IMG/VR virus record: IMGVR_UViG_3300009159_000059
Direction: 5' to 3' (one strand)
Length of the DNA stretch: 64,000 bases
Source of the DNA: an uncultured virus (IMG/VR IMGVR_UViG_3300009159_000059)
Lineage: Duplodnaviria > Heunggongvirae > Uroviricota > Caudoviricetes
Under the pieces are notes generated by a model that saw only the letters and a list, made by a program, of their open reading frames with translations, searched no databases and was not told the DNA's origin. Within the stretch, counting starts at the first letter, position 1. Each line of letters begins with the position of its first letter. A program made the position numbers and the translations under genes. Shown here piece by piece: positions 19,316 through 29,259 of the stretch.

Positions 19316-19829
19316 ATGCGACGGCTGCGGGCTTCAGTTTCATGAAGATTTTACTTATTATTCGATAGATTTTAGAAGCGCTAAATCAAAATTTGGGCAA
19401 CACTTATCATTGAGAGATCTAGACTCAGCACCAATGGTCGACACTTTTGATTATTGCAGTATGTGTTATGAGAAACTCCAAGACAAGATAGTAGAAATAA
19501 ACCAAAAAACATCTCAGAAAACTGGCTCAAGATATTGTGATCTTTCTGGACAAGATCTGATGCAGTTAAAAACATATTACTATGCTACCATAACTGGAGC
19601 TACAGTCAAACAAACAGGTGTACCATTTACTTGTGAACAGTGCGGCCTTCAAGCGCACACCCCGACAACAGTATGTAAGTGCGGGTCGGTTAAATATGTT
19701 AGGAAAGCCGACGTACATACTGATAAAAAATTAATAGAAATCTTCATAACACCAGATATATTTAATAGCTTTGCCGTTAGAAGAGAAAAGCATAAACAAG
19801 AAGGAAGTAATTGGAATGTTACCAGCTAA
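19287..19829 (+). CDS. Cys-rich multi-zinc-finger protein
   Basis: CDGC, CSMC, CEQC and CKC; internal duplication (CDGCG..TYYS and CDLSG..TYYY). Confidence 0.75.
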   Translation: MQLPTKDGIKCDGCGLQFHEDFTYYSIDFRSAKSKFGQHLSLRDLDSAPMVDTFDYCSMCYEKLQDKIVEINQKTSQKTGSRYCDLSGQDLMQLKTYYYATITGATVKQTGVPFTCEQCGLQAHTPTTVCKCGSVKYVRKADVHTDKKLIEIFITPDIFNSFAVRREKHKQEGSNWNVTS

Positions 19830-20331
19830 CCCATATGATTTGCATGAAATACTCTTAAATAACGTCTTAATGCATGCGAGACCGATAGAGTGGAATTCTC
19901 ACATGGTCGATCAGCATACTAACAAGAGTGCGCTTGGCGATCAAGTAAGAGCCACAAAGGCCGTCCTTACATGTCCTGATTGTGCATCTTTAGTCGAAAT
20001 ATTGGATATGTATGATCTTAATGGTTATTATTATTGCGAATGTTTTAAAGGTTATAAAAAGACTAGAGATCAGCTGCAGACAGACGAAATAAATTATGAA
20101 GACCCATTTCAGAATCCATTTTCAGAAGATCTGAATCTAGAATCCTTTCTATACCCACAGATAGCTAGTACACCGGTGAAAACTGGAACCATTAAAGCTG
20201 ATAAAAAAGTAAAGCCCAAAAAATTATGTAAGGTAGATATCAAAGCTAAGAATAATGATGTCATCGCTAATGAAGATAACATCATGAAATTGGCGAGTGA
20301 ACCATTCAATGACGAAGATCTATTAGAATAA
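19816..20331 (+). CDS. hypothetical zinc-ribbon protein
   Basis: CPDC...CEC; ATG at 19816 with AAGGA upstream. Confidence 0.65.
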   Translation: MLPANPYDLHEILLNNVLMHARPIEWNSHMVDQHTNKSALGDQVRATKAVLTCPDCASLVEILDMYDLNGYYYCECFKGYKKTRDQLQTDEINYEDPFQNPFSEDLNLESFLYPQIASTPVKTGTIKADKKVKPKKLCKVDIKAKNNDVIANEDNIMKLASEPFNDEDLLE

Positions 20332-20335
20332 GCAT

Positions 20336-21265
20336 ATGAACTACATTTTAGGGTCAGGCATAGTTGGTCTAACTGCTCGACACATCCTAGGAGCTGATTG
20401 GCAAGTAGTTCCATTTTATAAAAGCAGATTTTTTTCGAGCAATCCACCATTAGATGATAACTTCTTGTGTAGACATGAGCGGTTGGACTATATTATTGAT
20501 AAATTATTGCCAGGTAAAATAGTTAATTCTATATTTTATAAAAGATCTTGGTCGATGAATGGCATATTATCAACGAACGGCGATAAGATAGTTATTAATG
20601 ATTGGCTCGACAAAGTTTATGGCAATGATGTGCCAGGACAAAGTTTACCTTACTATTTGCAAAAAGACATATTTCAGATTTATAATAATGTCAGGATCAG
20701 CGAAATTTACAAGGCACTGTTAGACTTATACTTACCGGTCCTAAAACAGAACGCTACTGCCGGCTTGCCGACTTCAATCAGAGATGGATACATATATTTT
20801 GGCGAAGAAAGAAAGCCATATGATAATATAATTAGCACAATCCCAGCCGATGTTTTATATAACCTTACTGGACGTACAAGTTTATTAAAATCTAAGGATA
20901 TGCATTATGTGCATTTGTTTACCGAGGAATTAGATTTTGAAGGCGCTAATCAAATGATGGTCGCTGATAGAGATATCGAATTTTTTAAAGTATCGAACAT
21001 AGCTCCAAGTCGATATTTGTTTTATTTTTTAAAAGACATGTTACACCCTGGCATATATATGCAAAATTTTCTTAAGAAATTCGAAATTATAGACGGTACT
21101 ATGGTTAAACAGGCTTTAACACTAGGAAATACGATAGATATAAGCGTATTCAAGAAAGAGAATATACATCCGATAGGTAGCTATGCTATATGGGACCCTT
21201 GCTTGGATGTTGCGAGCTGTTTTTTAAGATTATTAAATACCCTTGACACCGGATTTAAAAAATGA
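20336..21265 (+). CDS. FAD-dependent oxidoreductase (UDP-galactopyranose mutase/amine oxidase-like fold)
   Basis: N-terminal ILGSGIVGLTA dinucleotide-binding motif, YDNIISTIP, C-terminal IGSYAIW. Confidence 0.7.
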   Translation: MNYILGSGIVGLTARHILGADWQVVPFYKSRFFSSNPPLDDNFLCRHERLDYIIDKLLPGKIVNSIFYKRSWSMNGILSTNGDKIVINDWLDKVYGNDVPGQSLPYYLQKDIFQIYNNVRISEIYKALLDLYLPVLKQNATAGLPTSIRDGYIYFGEERKPYDNIISTIPADVLYNLTGRTSLLKSKDMHYVHLFTEELDFEGANQMMVADRDIEFFKVSNIAPSRYLFYFLKDMLHPGIYMQNFLKKFEIIDGTMVKQALTLGNTIDISVFKKENIHPIGSYAIWDPCLDVASCFLRLLNTLDTGFKK

Positions 21266-21978
21266 TTAAATCGAATGCTATAATAATTCCAGCAAGATTA
21301 AAATCGACTAGGCTCAAGAAAAAATTACTTATCGAAGTTAAAGGCAAACCAATTATCCAATACACTATTGAGAATGCTCTAGCGAGTAAGAAGAAAAATC
21401 GTATTATTGTAGCGACAGAGGATTTAGATATTAAAAGATTCGTCGATAGTCTCGGATATGATGTCGACTGTGTTCGGACACCCCAATTTAATAACGGCAC
21501 GGAACGAGTGCGACACATATCAAAAGAATTACTTAATGGTTATGCTAGAGTGGTAAATCTTCAAGCTGATGAGCCATTGTTTAACGCAGATAGTATCGAC
21601 GCCGTGTTTGGTGAAATAAGCAATGACATTGTCTTGACTAGCGCATACTCCTTTATTAAGAGTGAAGCTGAATATAATGATCCGAATACCGTAAAAGTGG
21701 TATTAAACGTATTCGACATGGCGCTATATTTTAGTAGATCATCAATACCACACGGTGGTTTTACTTCAGCATGCAAACATATCGGCATATATGGTTACAA
21801 GAGAGACGTACTTGCTGATTTACCAACCAGTAGCAATTATCAAAAATCAGAAAATCTTGAACAATTGTCTTGGTTAGAGAACGGCTACGCTATAAAAATG
21901 GTTAGAATCAATTATGAGACAATAGGTATTGACACGCCAGAAAATATCGAAGCTTTTAAGGCTACTCTTGAGAAGTAA
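21262..21978 (+). CDS. kdsB: 3-deoxy-manno-octulosonate cytidylyltransferase (CMP-Kdo synthetase)
   Basis: IIPARLKSTRL, GTERV, VNLQADEP, VKVV, ALYFSRSSIP, KHIGIYGY, ENLEQL, GIDTPE. Confidence 0.93.
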   Translation: MIKSNAIIIPARLKSTRLKKKLLIEVKGKPIIQYTIENALASKKKNRIIVATEDLDIKRFVDSLGYDVDCVRTPQFNNGTERVRHISKELLNGYARVVNLQADEPLFNADSIDAVFGEISNDIVLTSAYSFIKSEAEYNDPNTVKVVLNVFDMALYFSRSSIPHGGFTSACKHIGIYGYKRDVLADLPTSSNYQKSENLEQLSWLENGYAIKMVRINYETIGIDTPENIEAFKATLEK

Positions 21979-22372
21979 GCGTATCGCTGTCCGACGGCAT
22001 ACTTTCAAGATAATAAGCAAATTCATCCTTATTTTCGACCTTGCGAAGATATTCAAACTCGCCCTTCCTTCTTAGATAATTTCCGAACCTCATAATCATC
22101 GTCGAAAATGTTTTGAATCTAGAAGGAATATATTGCGAAAGATCGGTTTTTGATAATCTGCAATTATTATCTTTAAATAATTTATAAATGAAATCATTAT
22201 CGACATCTTTTTCTTTTTTCTTGTCTTCAACAGCGCCGGCTAAATCTTTAATGTCTTGAATTGTGTCCTTTAGGATTTCGCCGGCTTTACCGGTTAGATG
22301 TAAAGCATTTTCTGTCGCTAATTCATCTATATTAATATTTAGATCAATGTCGATGATAGTGTACTTAGTCAT
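21962..22372 (-). CDS. hypothetical protein
   Basis: 136-aa ORF with AAAGGA upstream; fills the gap between + genes. Confidence 0.65.
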   Translation of the reverse strand: MTKYTIIDIDLNINIDELATENALHLTGKAGEILKDTIQDIKDLAGAVEDKKKEKDVDNDFIYKLFKDNNCRLSKTDLSQYIPSRFKTFSTMIMRFGNYLRRKGEFEYLRKVENKDEFAYYLESMPSDSDTLTSQE

Positions 22373-22383
22373 GGAGGTCCTTT

Positions 22384-23184
22384 ATGAAATGTTTTTTATG
22401 TACCAGCGATGCTTTCGATAATTCTCAATTAACAATACAGATGGAAGACGGCAAGAAAGTCGATATCTATCTATGCGAAGTACATTCTGAATCCTCTATT
22501 AAACAGCTTAAGGAAGCCTATGTCCAAAAGAAAGTAGATTTAGATAATTTAATAAAACAAGCCAAAGAGCTAGGATATAGTATAGATCTGGACAGTCTCT
22601 TGAATCCATCTAGCAGATCTATCCTGACGGCCACGGAGATACACGTAGCACCAGAAGTTTTACAGATTCCTATTAAACCGGCTACCCAGCCTGCTAAAGT
22701 ACAAATTAGGCAAGAAATAATAACGGAAGACGACGAAAACATGATTCCGACCGAAATTATAGACAAAAAGGTAATGCGGTCAGTCGGTGGTAATACTGAA
22801 ATGGGTAATGTGTCGGCGCATCAATCTTATGATTTTAATAGTCTCGGAGACAAGCTGCCAGAAAACGCTAGAATTGGTAAAGTAAAAATGGCTATGGTCG
22901 AAGGGCGCGGTGGCCAGCCCATCGCCATACCACAGAAGCGGGTTGATGGGCTTGGCGAAACGCATATCATGATAAATAAAGCAGAAAACGATGATAAGTT
23001 ACAAGCACGATTTAAAAAGATGGCTCAGGAGAGCAAATCAGATAAATTCGCTAACTTCTCCCAGAATGGATATGCAGACACGACTAGACCTTGTCCGATT
23101 TGCAGGGGCAGTGGGTTGGTTAGGAACGGTAAAAATGAATCAAGTTGTCCAAAATGCGCTGGCGGTGGTATGATATCTATCTAA
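22384..23184 (+). CDS. zinc-binding protein with an N-terminal CxxC...CxxH and a C-terminal DnaJ-type CxxCxGxG pair
   Basis: CFLC...CEVH; CPICRGSG...CPKCAGGG; GGAGG SD. Confidence 0.75.
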   Translation: MKCFLCTSDAFDNSQLTIQMEDGKKVDIYLCEVHSESSIKQLKEAYVQKKVDLDNLIKQAKELGYSIDLDSLLNPSSRSILTATEIHVAPEVLQIPIKPATQPAKVQIRQEIITEDDENMIPTEIIDKKVMRSVGGNTEMGNVSAHQSYDFNSLGDKLPENARIGKVKMAMVEGRGGQPIAIPQKRVDGLGETHIMINKAENDDKLQARFKKMAQESKSDKFANFSQNGYADTTRPCPICRGSGLVRNGKNESSCPKCAGGGMISI

Positions 23185-23398
23185 TAGTATAAGGTCTATT
23201 ACCCATACCAAAGAATTGGCGGTGTCTTTCACTTACTGGCACCCCTGTTGAATATGAAGTATCACCCTTCTGACTATTTCCCATATCAAAACCAGACGAA
23301 GGATTAAACCCTGAAGGCTGTCGCCCAGAATTAAAATAATTCTCGCTGTTTAAGACTTCACGCATTTTTTGCCCTAGAAAGCCTTCATTCAAATTCAT
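23177..23398 (-). CDS. hypothetical protein
   Basis: Overlaps the upstream minus-strand ORF; AAGGA SD. Confidence 0.55.
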   Translation of the reverse strand: MNLNEGFLGQKMREVLNSENYFNSGRQPSGFNPSSGFDMGNSQKGDTSYSTGVPVSERHRQFFGMGNRPYTIR

Positions 23399-23909
23399 CG
23401 TGTATATCCTTTACATTTTTCTTGTTAAGGTCGGTCTTGATGATGTCGAATTCAGAAGCTTGTTCTGGCTGCGATACCTCTTTAATACCATCCATATCAG
23501 AATTTAATCCTGAGTCCTGCTCTGCCCAAGCATCGCGACCATCTCTTAACTCTTCTAATAATTTGTCTGCTAGATCTAGAGCTTTTGCGATTTCAGAGGA
23601 ATCAATAGCTTGGGCTGTAAGCTCTTTTTCCATAGCGCTATTAAATGTAGTTGATCCAAAATTCTTATAACTATGCGCCTTATTAAAAGCCTGCAATATG
23701 GGCCCTATATAAATTAATTTAGCGTTAAACAATTTGTCTCGATATTTGGAATAAATATCATTATGAATAAATTCTAAGCCATTTACACGCTCTAGATCAT
23801 TAAGATCATCTTTATCATGACCTTTGAGGCCTAATTGGGCATCTTGATTCAGGTAAATATCAAGTGCTTCTAAAAAAGTCTTTTGTTTCTTATTAAGGCT
23901 CATATTCAT
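23385..23909 (-). CDS. hypothetical acidic protein
   Basis: 174-aa ORF with GAGG SD. Confidence 0.65.
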   Translation of the reverse strand: MNMSLNKKQKTFLEALDIYLNQDAQLGLKGHDKDDLNDLERVNGLEFIHNDIYSKYRDKLFNAKLIYIGPILQAFNKAHSYKNFGSTTFNSAMEKELTAQAIDSSEIAKALDLADKLLEELRDGRDAWAEQDSGLNSDMDGIKEVSQPEQASEFDIIKTDLNKKNVKDIHDEFE

Positions 23910-23957
23910 TCCTCACTTAAATTTTAAATTTGATTGTCATATATTGGTATTTATCTG

Positions 23958-24275
23958 ATGGAAAACGAAGAAAGAATTAGCAGATTCGATCAGGTTACTA
24001 TTAATACTACCCGTAGAGTAAGTTATCTATCTGCACCTGAGGGTCAACAGCTTAATCCGAATGGTATGTGGATGGTAGCTGCAGCTATAGGAAATGAATT
24101 ATTATTAACTAAAGAATCAATAGTAATACGGATACCTGCGGCAGATGTTAAGAAAGTATTAGATTATCATAGGACATTTACAAACATCTTAGACTCTTTA
24201 GGAAAGTTTAACAATTATGAAAGCAGAAAAGAAAGACCCACCGAAGACCCTCCAAGACCTGATGAAGAGGATTGA
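23958..24275 (+). CDS. hypothetical protein
   Basis: ORF overlapping the recA start; start uncertain (23934 TTG or 23958 ATG). Confidence 0.6.
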   Translation: MENEERISRFDQVTINTTRRVSYLSAPEGQQLNPNGMWMVAAAIGNELLLTKESIVIRIPAADVKKVLDYHRTFTNILDSLGKFNNYESRKERPTEDPPRPDEED

Positions 24276-25329
24276 TAAGGACTTCGGCCCAGGGACAATC
24301 ATGCGTGGCAGAAGCAGCATAGTTAATGTTAGCATAGTCCCGACTGGAATCCCCTCTATCGACAAGGCATTAGGAGCTGGTGGTGTGCCTATCGGCCGTA
24401 CTTTGGAAATATTCGGGCCAGAAAGTAGCGGAAAGACAACTACATGCCTACACATCGCCTCTGCATTCCAGAAGCATTATTTCAAGGGTAAGGAACGTGA
24501 TGGTGTTGTAGCATATATCGATGCTGAACATGCCCTAGATATAGAATGGGCGAGAAGATTAGGAGTCAATACGGAAACACTTTGTATTTCTCAACCAGAT
24601 AGTGGTGAAGATGCGTTTCGACTTATAGAAGTGTTGGTAGAGTCTGGCCAAGTTGATCTAGTCGTGGTTGATTCCGTGGCTGCACTTATACCTAAGGCTA
24701 TATTAGAAGAGGATATCGGTAAAGCCACCATGGGTGCTCTAGCCCAACTCATGTCTAAAGCATTAAGCAAATTAAAGGGCAAATGCAATAATAGCGGCAC
24801 CACTTTAGTATTCGTTAATCAGCTTAGAGAGAAGGTCGGTATGGTTTTTGGAAACCCAGAAGTGACACCTGGCGGCCGTGCACTTAAATATTATGCTTCG
24901 GTGAGAGCAGAAATCAAACGCAGCACCGCTATAAAATCTTCTGATGACACTGTTATCGGACATCACACTACTATGAAAATAGTTAAAAACAAAGTCGCAG
25001 CTCCTTTTAGAGTCGCTGAGTTCGACATATTCTATGGCACAAAATCATACCCGATTGCAGGTATTGATGCAGTTTCGTCCCTTTTAGATGTCGGCCTTGA
25101 TGTCGGCGTTATATCTAAGAGCGGATCATTCTTTAATTATGATGGTAAAAGTTTGGGCAATGGTGCTCAAAACGCTTCTAAAGCCTTAAGGAATGATGAC
25201 GTTCTGTTTAAAAAGATAAAAGATGAAATATACTTAAAGGCCTTCGGCCCTGATTTCGGCCAAGTAAAGGTCGATGATGATTTAGAAGACAAATACCTTG
25301 ATGATGAGGAAGACCCAAATGGCAAATAG
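24217..25329 (+). CDS. recA: recombinase RecA (bacterial type)
   Basis: GPESSGKTT, IDAEHALD, SQPDSGE, VVDSVAAL, NQLREKVG..FGNPEVTPGGRALKYY, KNKVAAPF. Confidence 0.97.
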   Translation: MKAEKKDPPKTLQDLMKRIDKDFGPGTIMRGRSSIVNVSIVPTGIPSIDKALGAGGVPIGRTLEIFGPESSGKTTTCLHIASAFQKHYFKGKERDGVVAYIDAEHALDIEWARRLGVNTETLCISQPDSGEDAFRLIEVLVESGQVDLVVVDSVAALIPKAILEEDIGKATMGALAQLMSKALSKLKGKCNNSGTTLVFVNQLREKVGMVFGNPEVTPGGRALKYYASVRAEIKRSTAIKSSDDTVIGHHTTMKIVKNKVAAPFRVAEFDIFYGTKSYPIAGIDAVSSLLDVGLDVGVISKSGSFFNYDGKSLGNGAQNASKALRNDDVLFKKIKDEIYLKAFGPDFGQVKVDDDLEDKYLDDEEDPNGK

Positions 25330-25651
25330 TCCAAAGTATGATGTAAATGACATAGTTTATTTTAAAGCCTCTGCTGCTAGAGGCTTTATAGAACCGGTAA
25401 AAATAGGTATCGTTGCAAAAATCGATACTACTTGGGTGTATGGTCTAAAATATAAGACCGCTGAGCCTAGCGCGCCTAGAGTTTTTGGCGACAGAATAAA
25501 CTTCGGAAACCTTGGGGCCCAACAGGTATACTACACTGAGGACGAATTCCAAACGTATTGTGAAGCTTTAGGGGTCGCTGAAAAATACTTGACTGGCCAA
25601 TTAACAGCGATTCAAACACTTATCGCCGCAAGTTGCGGAGTCACGGGCTGA
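25319..25651 (+). CDS. hypothetical small protein (SH3/YorP-like N-terminus)
   Basis: PKYDVNDIVYF; GAGG SD before ATG 25319. Confidence 0.65.
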   Translation: MANSPKYDVNDIVYFKASAARGFIEPVKIGIVAKIDTTWVYGLKYKTAEPSAPRVFGDRINFGNLGAQQVYYTEDEFQTYCEALGVAEKYLTGQLTAIQTLIAASCGVTG

Positions 25652-25654
25652 TAA

Positions 25655-26995
25655 ATGACACAAATCGTTTCTTATGATGCTGGCAACATAAATGATAATG
25701 AAGATGAAAAACCATTTGGAAAATACCAAGAAGAAGCGATAATTTCATTAGCTCTTGATCACCCAGAATTCTTCTCCAACGTCGGAAGATACCTTAAGCC
25801 AGACATGTTTGGTCGAACCGAATGCAAGTATGTTATGGCTGTTCTTCTTAATTATTACGAAAAATTTAACATTATCCCCACTAGGCCACTGCTTAGAGAT
25901 ATAGTCGAAAAACAATTAACGTCTGATCAGCCTTTTGAGATAGTGTTCAAATTACTTGATAGGAAATCAGACCCCAGAGAAGTTCCGATCATCAAAGACA
26001 CTTTAATGAAGTGGGCCAAAAATCGAGCATATGGTTTAATTTATAGCGAAGAAGCTATACAAGCTTATGAATCAGGTCGTTTTGAAGAATTAGAGAAAAT
26101 AGTCTCAGAGGCAAATAAGGTAACAGACATAGGTGAAGGTGGCTTTTGGCTGCTAGAACAGTTTGAAAAATTATTCCAATCAGACGCCATAGATCATAGA
26201 ACTACGGGATTTCCGAGACTTGATCGAATCCTTAATAATGGCGGACCATCACCAAAAGAAGTGTTATGTTGGTTAGCGCCGACAAACACCGGTAAATCGA
26301 TATTGTTGGTTAATAATGCGATTTCATCTCTTAAAGGCGCTAATAATGATGGGACAAATGGTCAGGACGTACTCCTTGTTACCTTTGAGCTAGACACTAT
26401 TAAAACCGCTCTAAGATGCCTTTCGGCTACGACAGGTATACCTCAAGATCAAGTAGCTAATAATCAAGATTACATTAGAAGAGTCATTAACACTATCAAA
26501 GACACCTATAATAAAAAGCTATTAATATATGAATTTCCCCCTGACGAATGTAGCGTGGATCATATATATGCTTTAATAGATAATCTTAAACGAAAAGAAG
26601 GATGGCGACCAGACGTTGTTGTGGTTGATTATCTTGATTTAATGGTCAGTCGTAATGCAGCATATAACAAGGATGATTATACCAGACAGAAGCATATCGC
26701 TACTGAGCTACGTGGTTTAGCTAAAAACGAAAACGTATTAGTCTTTACTGCTACCCAAACCAATCGTAGCGGTGGGGAAGGGTCGGAACCAATCGATCTA
26801 TCAAAAACCGCCGAAAGCTATGGTAAGCAATTTGCACTTGACTATGTAATTAGTTTAAACCAATCTATCGAGGATAAGTTGGAAAAACCGCCTAGGATTA
26901 GGTTTTATGTCGCTAAAAATAGAAATGGTCCTAAAAATGAATTAATCACCTGTGAGATTAATTATGACACTATGGTAGTTAAGGAGATGGCCTGA
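25655..26995 (+). CDS. dnaB: DnaB/T4 gp41-type replicative helicase
   Basis: TTGFPRLD, Walker A APTNTGKS, VTFEL, VVVDYLDL, ELRGLA, TATQTNR, KNRNGP. Confidence 0.92.
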   Translation: MTQIVSYDAGNINDNEDEKPFGKYQEEAIISLALDHPEFFSNVGRYLKPDMFGRTECKYVMAVLLNYYEKFNIIPTRPLLRDIVEKQLTSDQPFEIVFKLLDRKSDPREVPIIKDTLMKWAKNRAYGLIYSEEAIQAYESGRFEELEKIVSEANKVTDIGEGGFWLLEQFEKLFQSDAIDHRTTGFPRLDRILNNGGPSPKEVLCWLAPTNTGKSILLVNNAISSLKGANNDGTNGQDVLLVTFELDTIKTALRCLSATTGIPQDQVANNQDYIRRVINTIKDTYNKKLLIYEFPPDECSVDHIYALIDNLKRKEGWRPDVVVVDYLDLMVSRNAAYNKDDYTRQKHIATELRGLAKNENVLVFTATQTNRSGGEGSEPIDLSKTAESYGKQFALDYVISLNQSIEDKLEKPPRIRFYVAKNRNGPKNELITCEINYDTMVVKEMA

Positions 26996-27204
26996 TGAAG
27001 ATGCGCATCATAATTGATGTCAATGTTTCGAAAACATTGGCGCAAACGATGGAAAGGAATGGCTTTAATGTTATTCCAGAGGGAACTGGGTTAGGGATAA
27101 GAATTCCAAATAGTCCTGCGATCACCAAGAGCAAAAGCAAAATAACGTTTACAGAGATTTTTACAGAGATTACAGATGAACCAAGTACAAAGGAGATAAG
27201 ATGA
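26995..27204 (+). CDS. hypothetical protein
   Basis: Coupled by TGATG/ATGA overlaps. Confidence 0.6.
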   Translation: MKMRIIIDVNVSKTLAQTMERNGFNVIPEGTGLGIRIPNSPAITKSKSKITFTEIFTEITDEPSTKEIR

Positions 27205-27638
27205 TACCGAAGACTGCTAAGCTAATAAAAGAAGAAACCGCATCAAACACCAAGGCCAACGTCGATGAGCCTAAAGTATGCTCAAAAGCCAAGAAATGCT
27301 GCGATAGCGAGCCAGAAAATTACCAAGAAATAGAAATACGTGAAATCAAATGCCTTAATGATTTCGTTGCTATATTGAGATTCGAAGAAGAATCGGTAAT
27401 CGAAATACCCGATCATCAACGTCTTAAAAATGAAGGTATGGTTATTGGCGTTGGGCCTGGTGTCCCTCCAACTATAAATGCACAAGTTATAATAGGCGAT
27501 GTTGTAGCTTTTATGCCGCGTAATATAATCACCGAGATTAAAGGTACAAAATACCCCTACGAAGGCAAGACTATTACCATCGTTTCAGAACGCAATATTA
27601 TTATGACATTAGATCCAATCATCCACAGGTTCGTATAA
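27201..27638 (+). CDS. groES: co-chaperonin GroES-like protein
   Basis: IKCLNDFVAI, IEIPD, GMVIGVGPG, VIIGDVVAF, IVSERNII. Confidence 0.8.
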   Translation: MIPKTAKLIKEETASNTKANVDEPKVCSKAKKCCDSEPENYQEIEIREIKCLNDFVAILRFEEESVIEIPDHQRLKNEGMVIGVGPGVPPTINAQVIIGDVVAFMPRNIITEIKGTKYPYEGKTITIVSERNIIMTLDPIIHRFV

Positions 27639-28045
27639 TGCCAGAATACATTTATAGATGCGTTCCATGTGAAGAAAAGCTAGCTGAAGATAATTCTAGT
27701 GTCGATGCTGATACGTATGATGCTCAAGTTCTTTTTGAGACAAGTCATAGCATGTCAGCTGCTGGTAAAGAATTATCTGAAGCCCTAAAATGTCCACGCT
27801 GCGGCGCATCAAGGGCAGAAAGGTTCTATGGTTATGATAATATCATATCATATGTCAGAGGCAATGGTTATTTAGATCGCGCTGGCGCTAGAAGAGACAT
27901 GCATAAGCATACATTAGTTAATAATGACCCATACGGTCATATGCGCCAGCCAGGAGAAGTCGAAGATTTAAAGATCAAGCTAGACCAAGCAGGAAAACAC
28001 GACCCGAAACCTAGGCATTTCGTAATGGGCGCAAAAACGACATAA
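27638..28045 (+). CDS. FmdB-family zinc-ribbon protein
   Basis: MPEYIYRCVPC...CPRCG. Confidence 0.75.
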   Translation: MPEYIYRCVPCEEKLAEDNSSVDADTYDAQVLFETSHSMSAAGKELSEALKCPRCGASRAERFYGYDNIISYVRGNGYLDRAGARRDMHKHTLVNNDPYGHMRQPGEVEDLKIKLDQAGKHDPKPRHFVMGAKTT

Positions 28046-28059
28046 TGTATTGATTCATT

Positions 28060-29259
28060 ATGAAGCCAATTCTATTCGCTATCAAAAGAGGAAGACAAGT
28101 CGCATATCCAGCCATCATAGGTATTAAACGCGACCAAAAGATTTACAAGCAAATCCTTTTTGATAATAGCAACGCAAAATCTATAAGCGATATAAGGATT
28201 GACCAGTCCAAGATAAAAGCATTATTCGACCATGCGGTTAGCACCAGATGCGCGATAGTCACCAACGATCGCGCATCACTGATCGCCGCTATGGGTTATA
28301 ACAATAGAGCTATCGCCGACAACATCTTCGATCATAACGAAATAATTCATGAAACAAGTGCCCTCGATGAATTTTTAGCATCAACAGATGCTTCCGTTCA
28401 AGAACCATATAAAAAGCTATTGTTTGACGCTGGGTGCGTTTATGATAAACTCTCTGACTTGCCAATTTATGTAAATTACACTCCTCTTAAGTCATCTTGG
28501 TCACATGACACATTTACTGGCAGGAGCAAGTGCACAGGTTTTAATATTCAAGGCTATAACATGCCTGATTTTATCACAAGGGACGGGATCTTCGAAGATA
28601 AAGTATTACTGCATTTCGACTGGATCTGCGCTGATCTAAGAATAGCATCAGTTGTATCAGGAGATGATGAATTAGAATCAGCTTTTAGGCATGGTGATCC
28701 ATACGAGTATCTTTTTGATCGCGCAGGGGACATGTTTACTGATCGCAAGGATAGCAAAATAGCTCTACTTAAGGCAATAAATTCTCTGAATTTTGATAGT
28801 AGCATATTTGATATATGCTATGGAGATCTTAGAACTTGGCTTATAGAGTGCGCCCATAAGCTTACTGAGAGTGAACCCTTGGAGACATTGCTGGGCCGTA
28901 AATTTATTATCCCAAAGGAAAAGACCATATTATCAGGTATTAATGGTGTTCTGCAAGGATCTATAGCCCATGCTATGCAGAACACCATTACGAAAGTTAA
29001 TGCTTTATTTCCAAGACATATTATATGTGACATCCATGATTCTCTAGTAATGTCTTGTGAAAACGACCGAAGTAGCATACAATATATGATAAATAGTGTA
29101 AAATCGATAATGTCGAAACCGCTTGAAGGGCTGATAGATAGGGATATATATTTTCCGTTAAGATACGGCATTGGCAAGAAATGGCGAGAATATAAATATA
29201 GTAATATACAGAGGGAACATGAACAACAAGAAACTGCAGAAGATACGTCAGAGGGCTAA
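28060..29259 (+). CDS. family A DNA polymerase domain lacking recognisable exonuclease domains
   Basis: TGRS, motif A LHFDWICADLRIAS, ETLLGRK, LQGSIA, motif C IHDSLV; motif B degenerate (RKDSKIALLKAINS). Confidence 0.8.
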   Translation: MKPILFAIKRGRQVAYPAIIGIKRDQKIYKQILFDNSNAKSISDIRIDQSKIKALFDHAVSTRCAIVTNDRASLIAAMGYNNRAIADNIFDHNEIIHETSALDEFLASTDASVQEPYKKLLFDAGCVYDKLSDLPIYVNYTPLKSSWSHDTFTGRSKCTGFNIQGYNMPDFITRDGIFEDKVLLHFDWICADLRIASVVSGDDELESAFRHGDPYEYLFDRAGDMFTDRKDSKIALLKAINSLNFDSSIFDICYGDLRTWLIECAHKLTESEPLETLLGRKFIIPKEKTILSGINGVLQGSIAHAMQNTITKVNALFPRHIICDIHDSLVMSCENDRSSIQYMINSVKSIMSKPLEGLIDRDIYFPLRYGIGKKWREYKYSNIQREHEQQETAEDTSEG

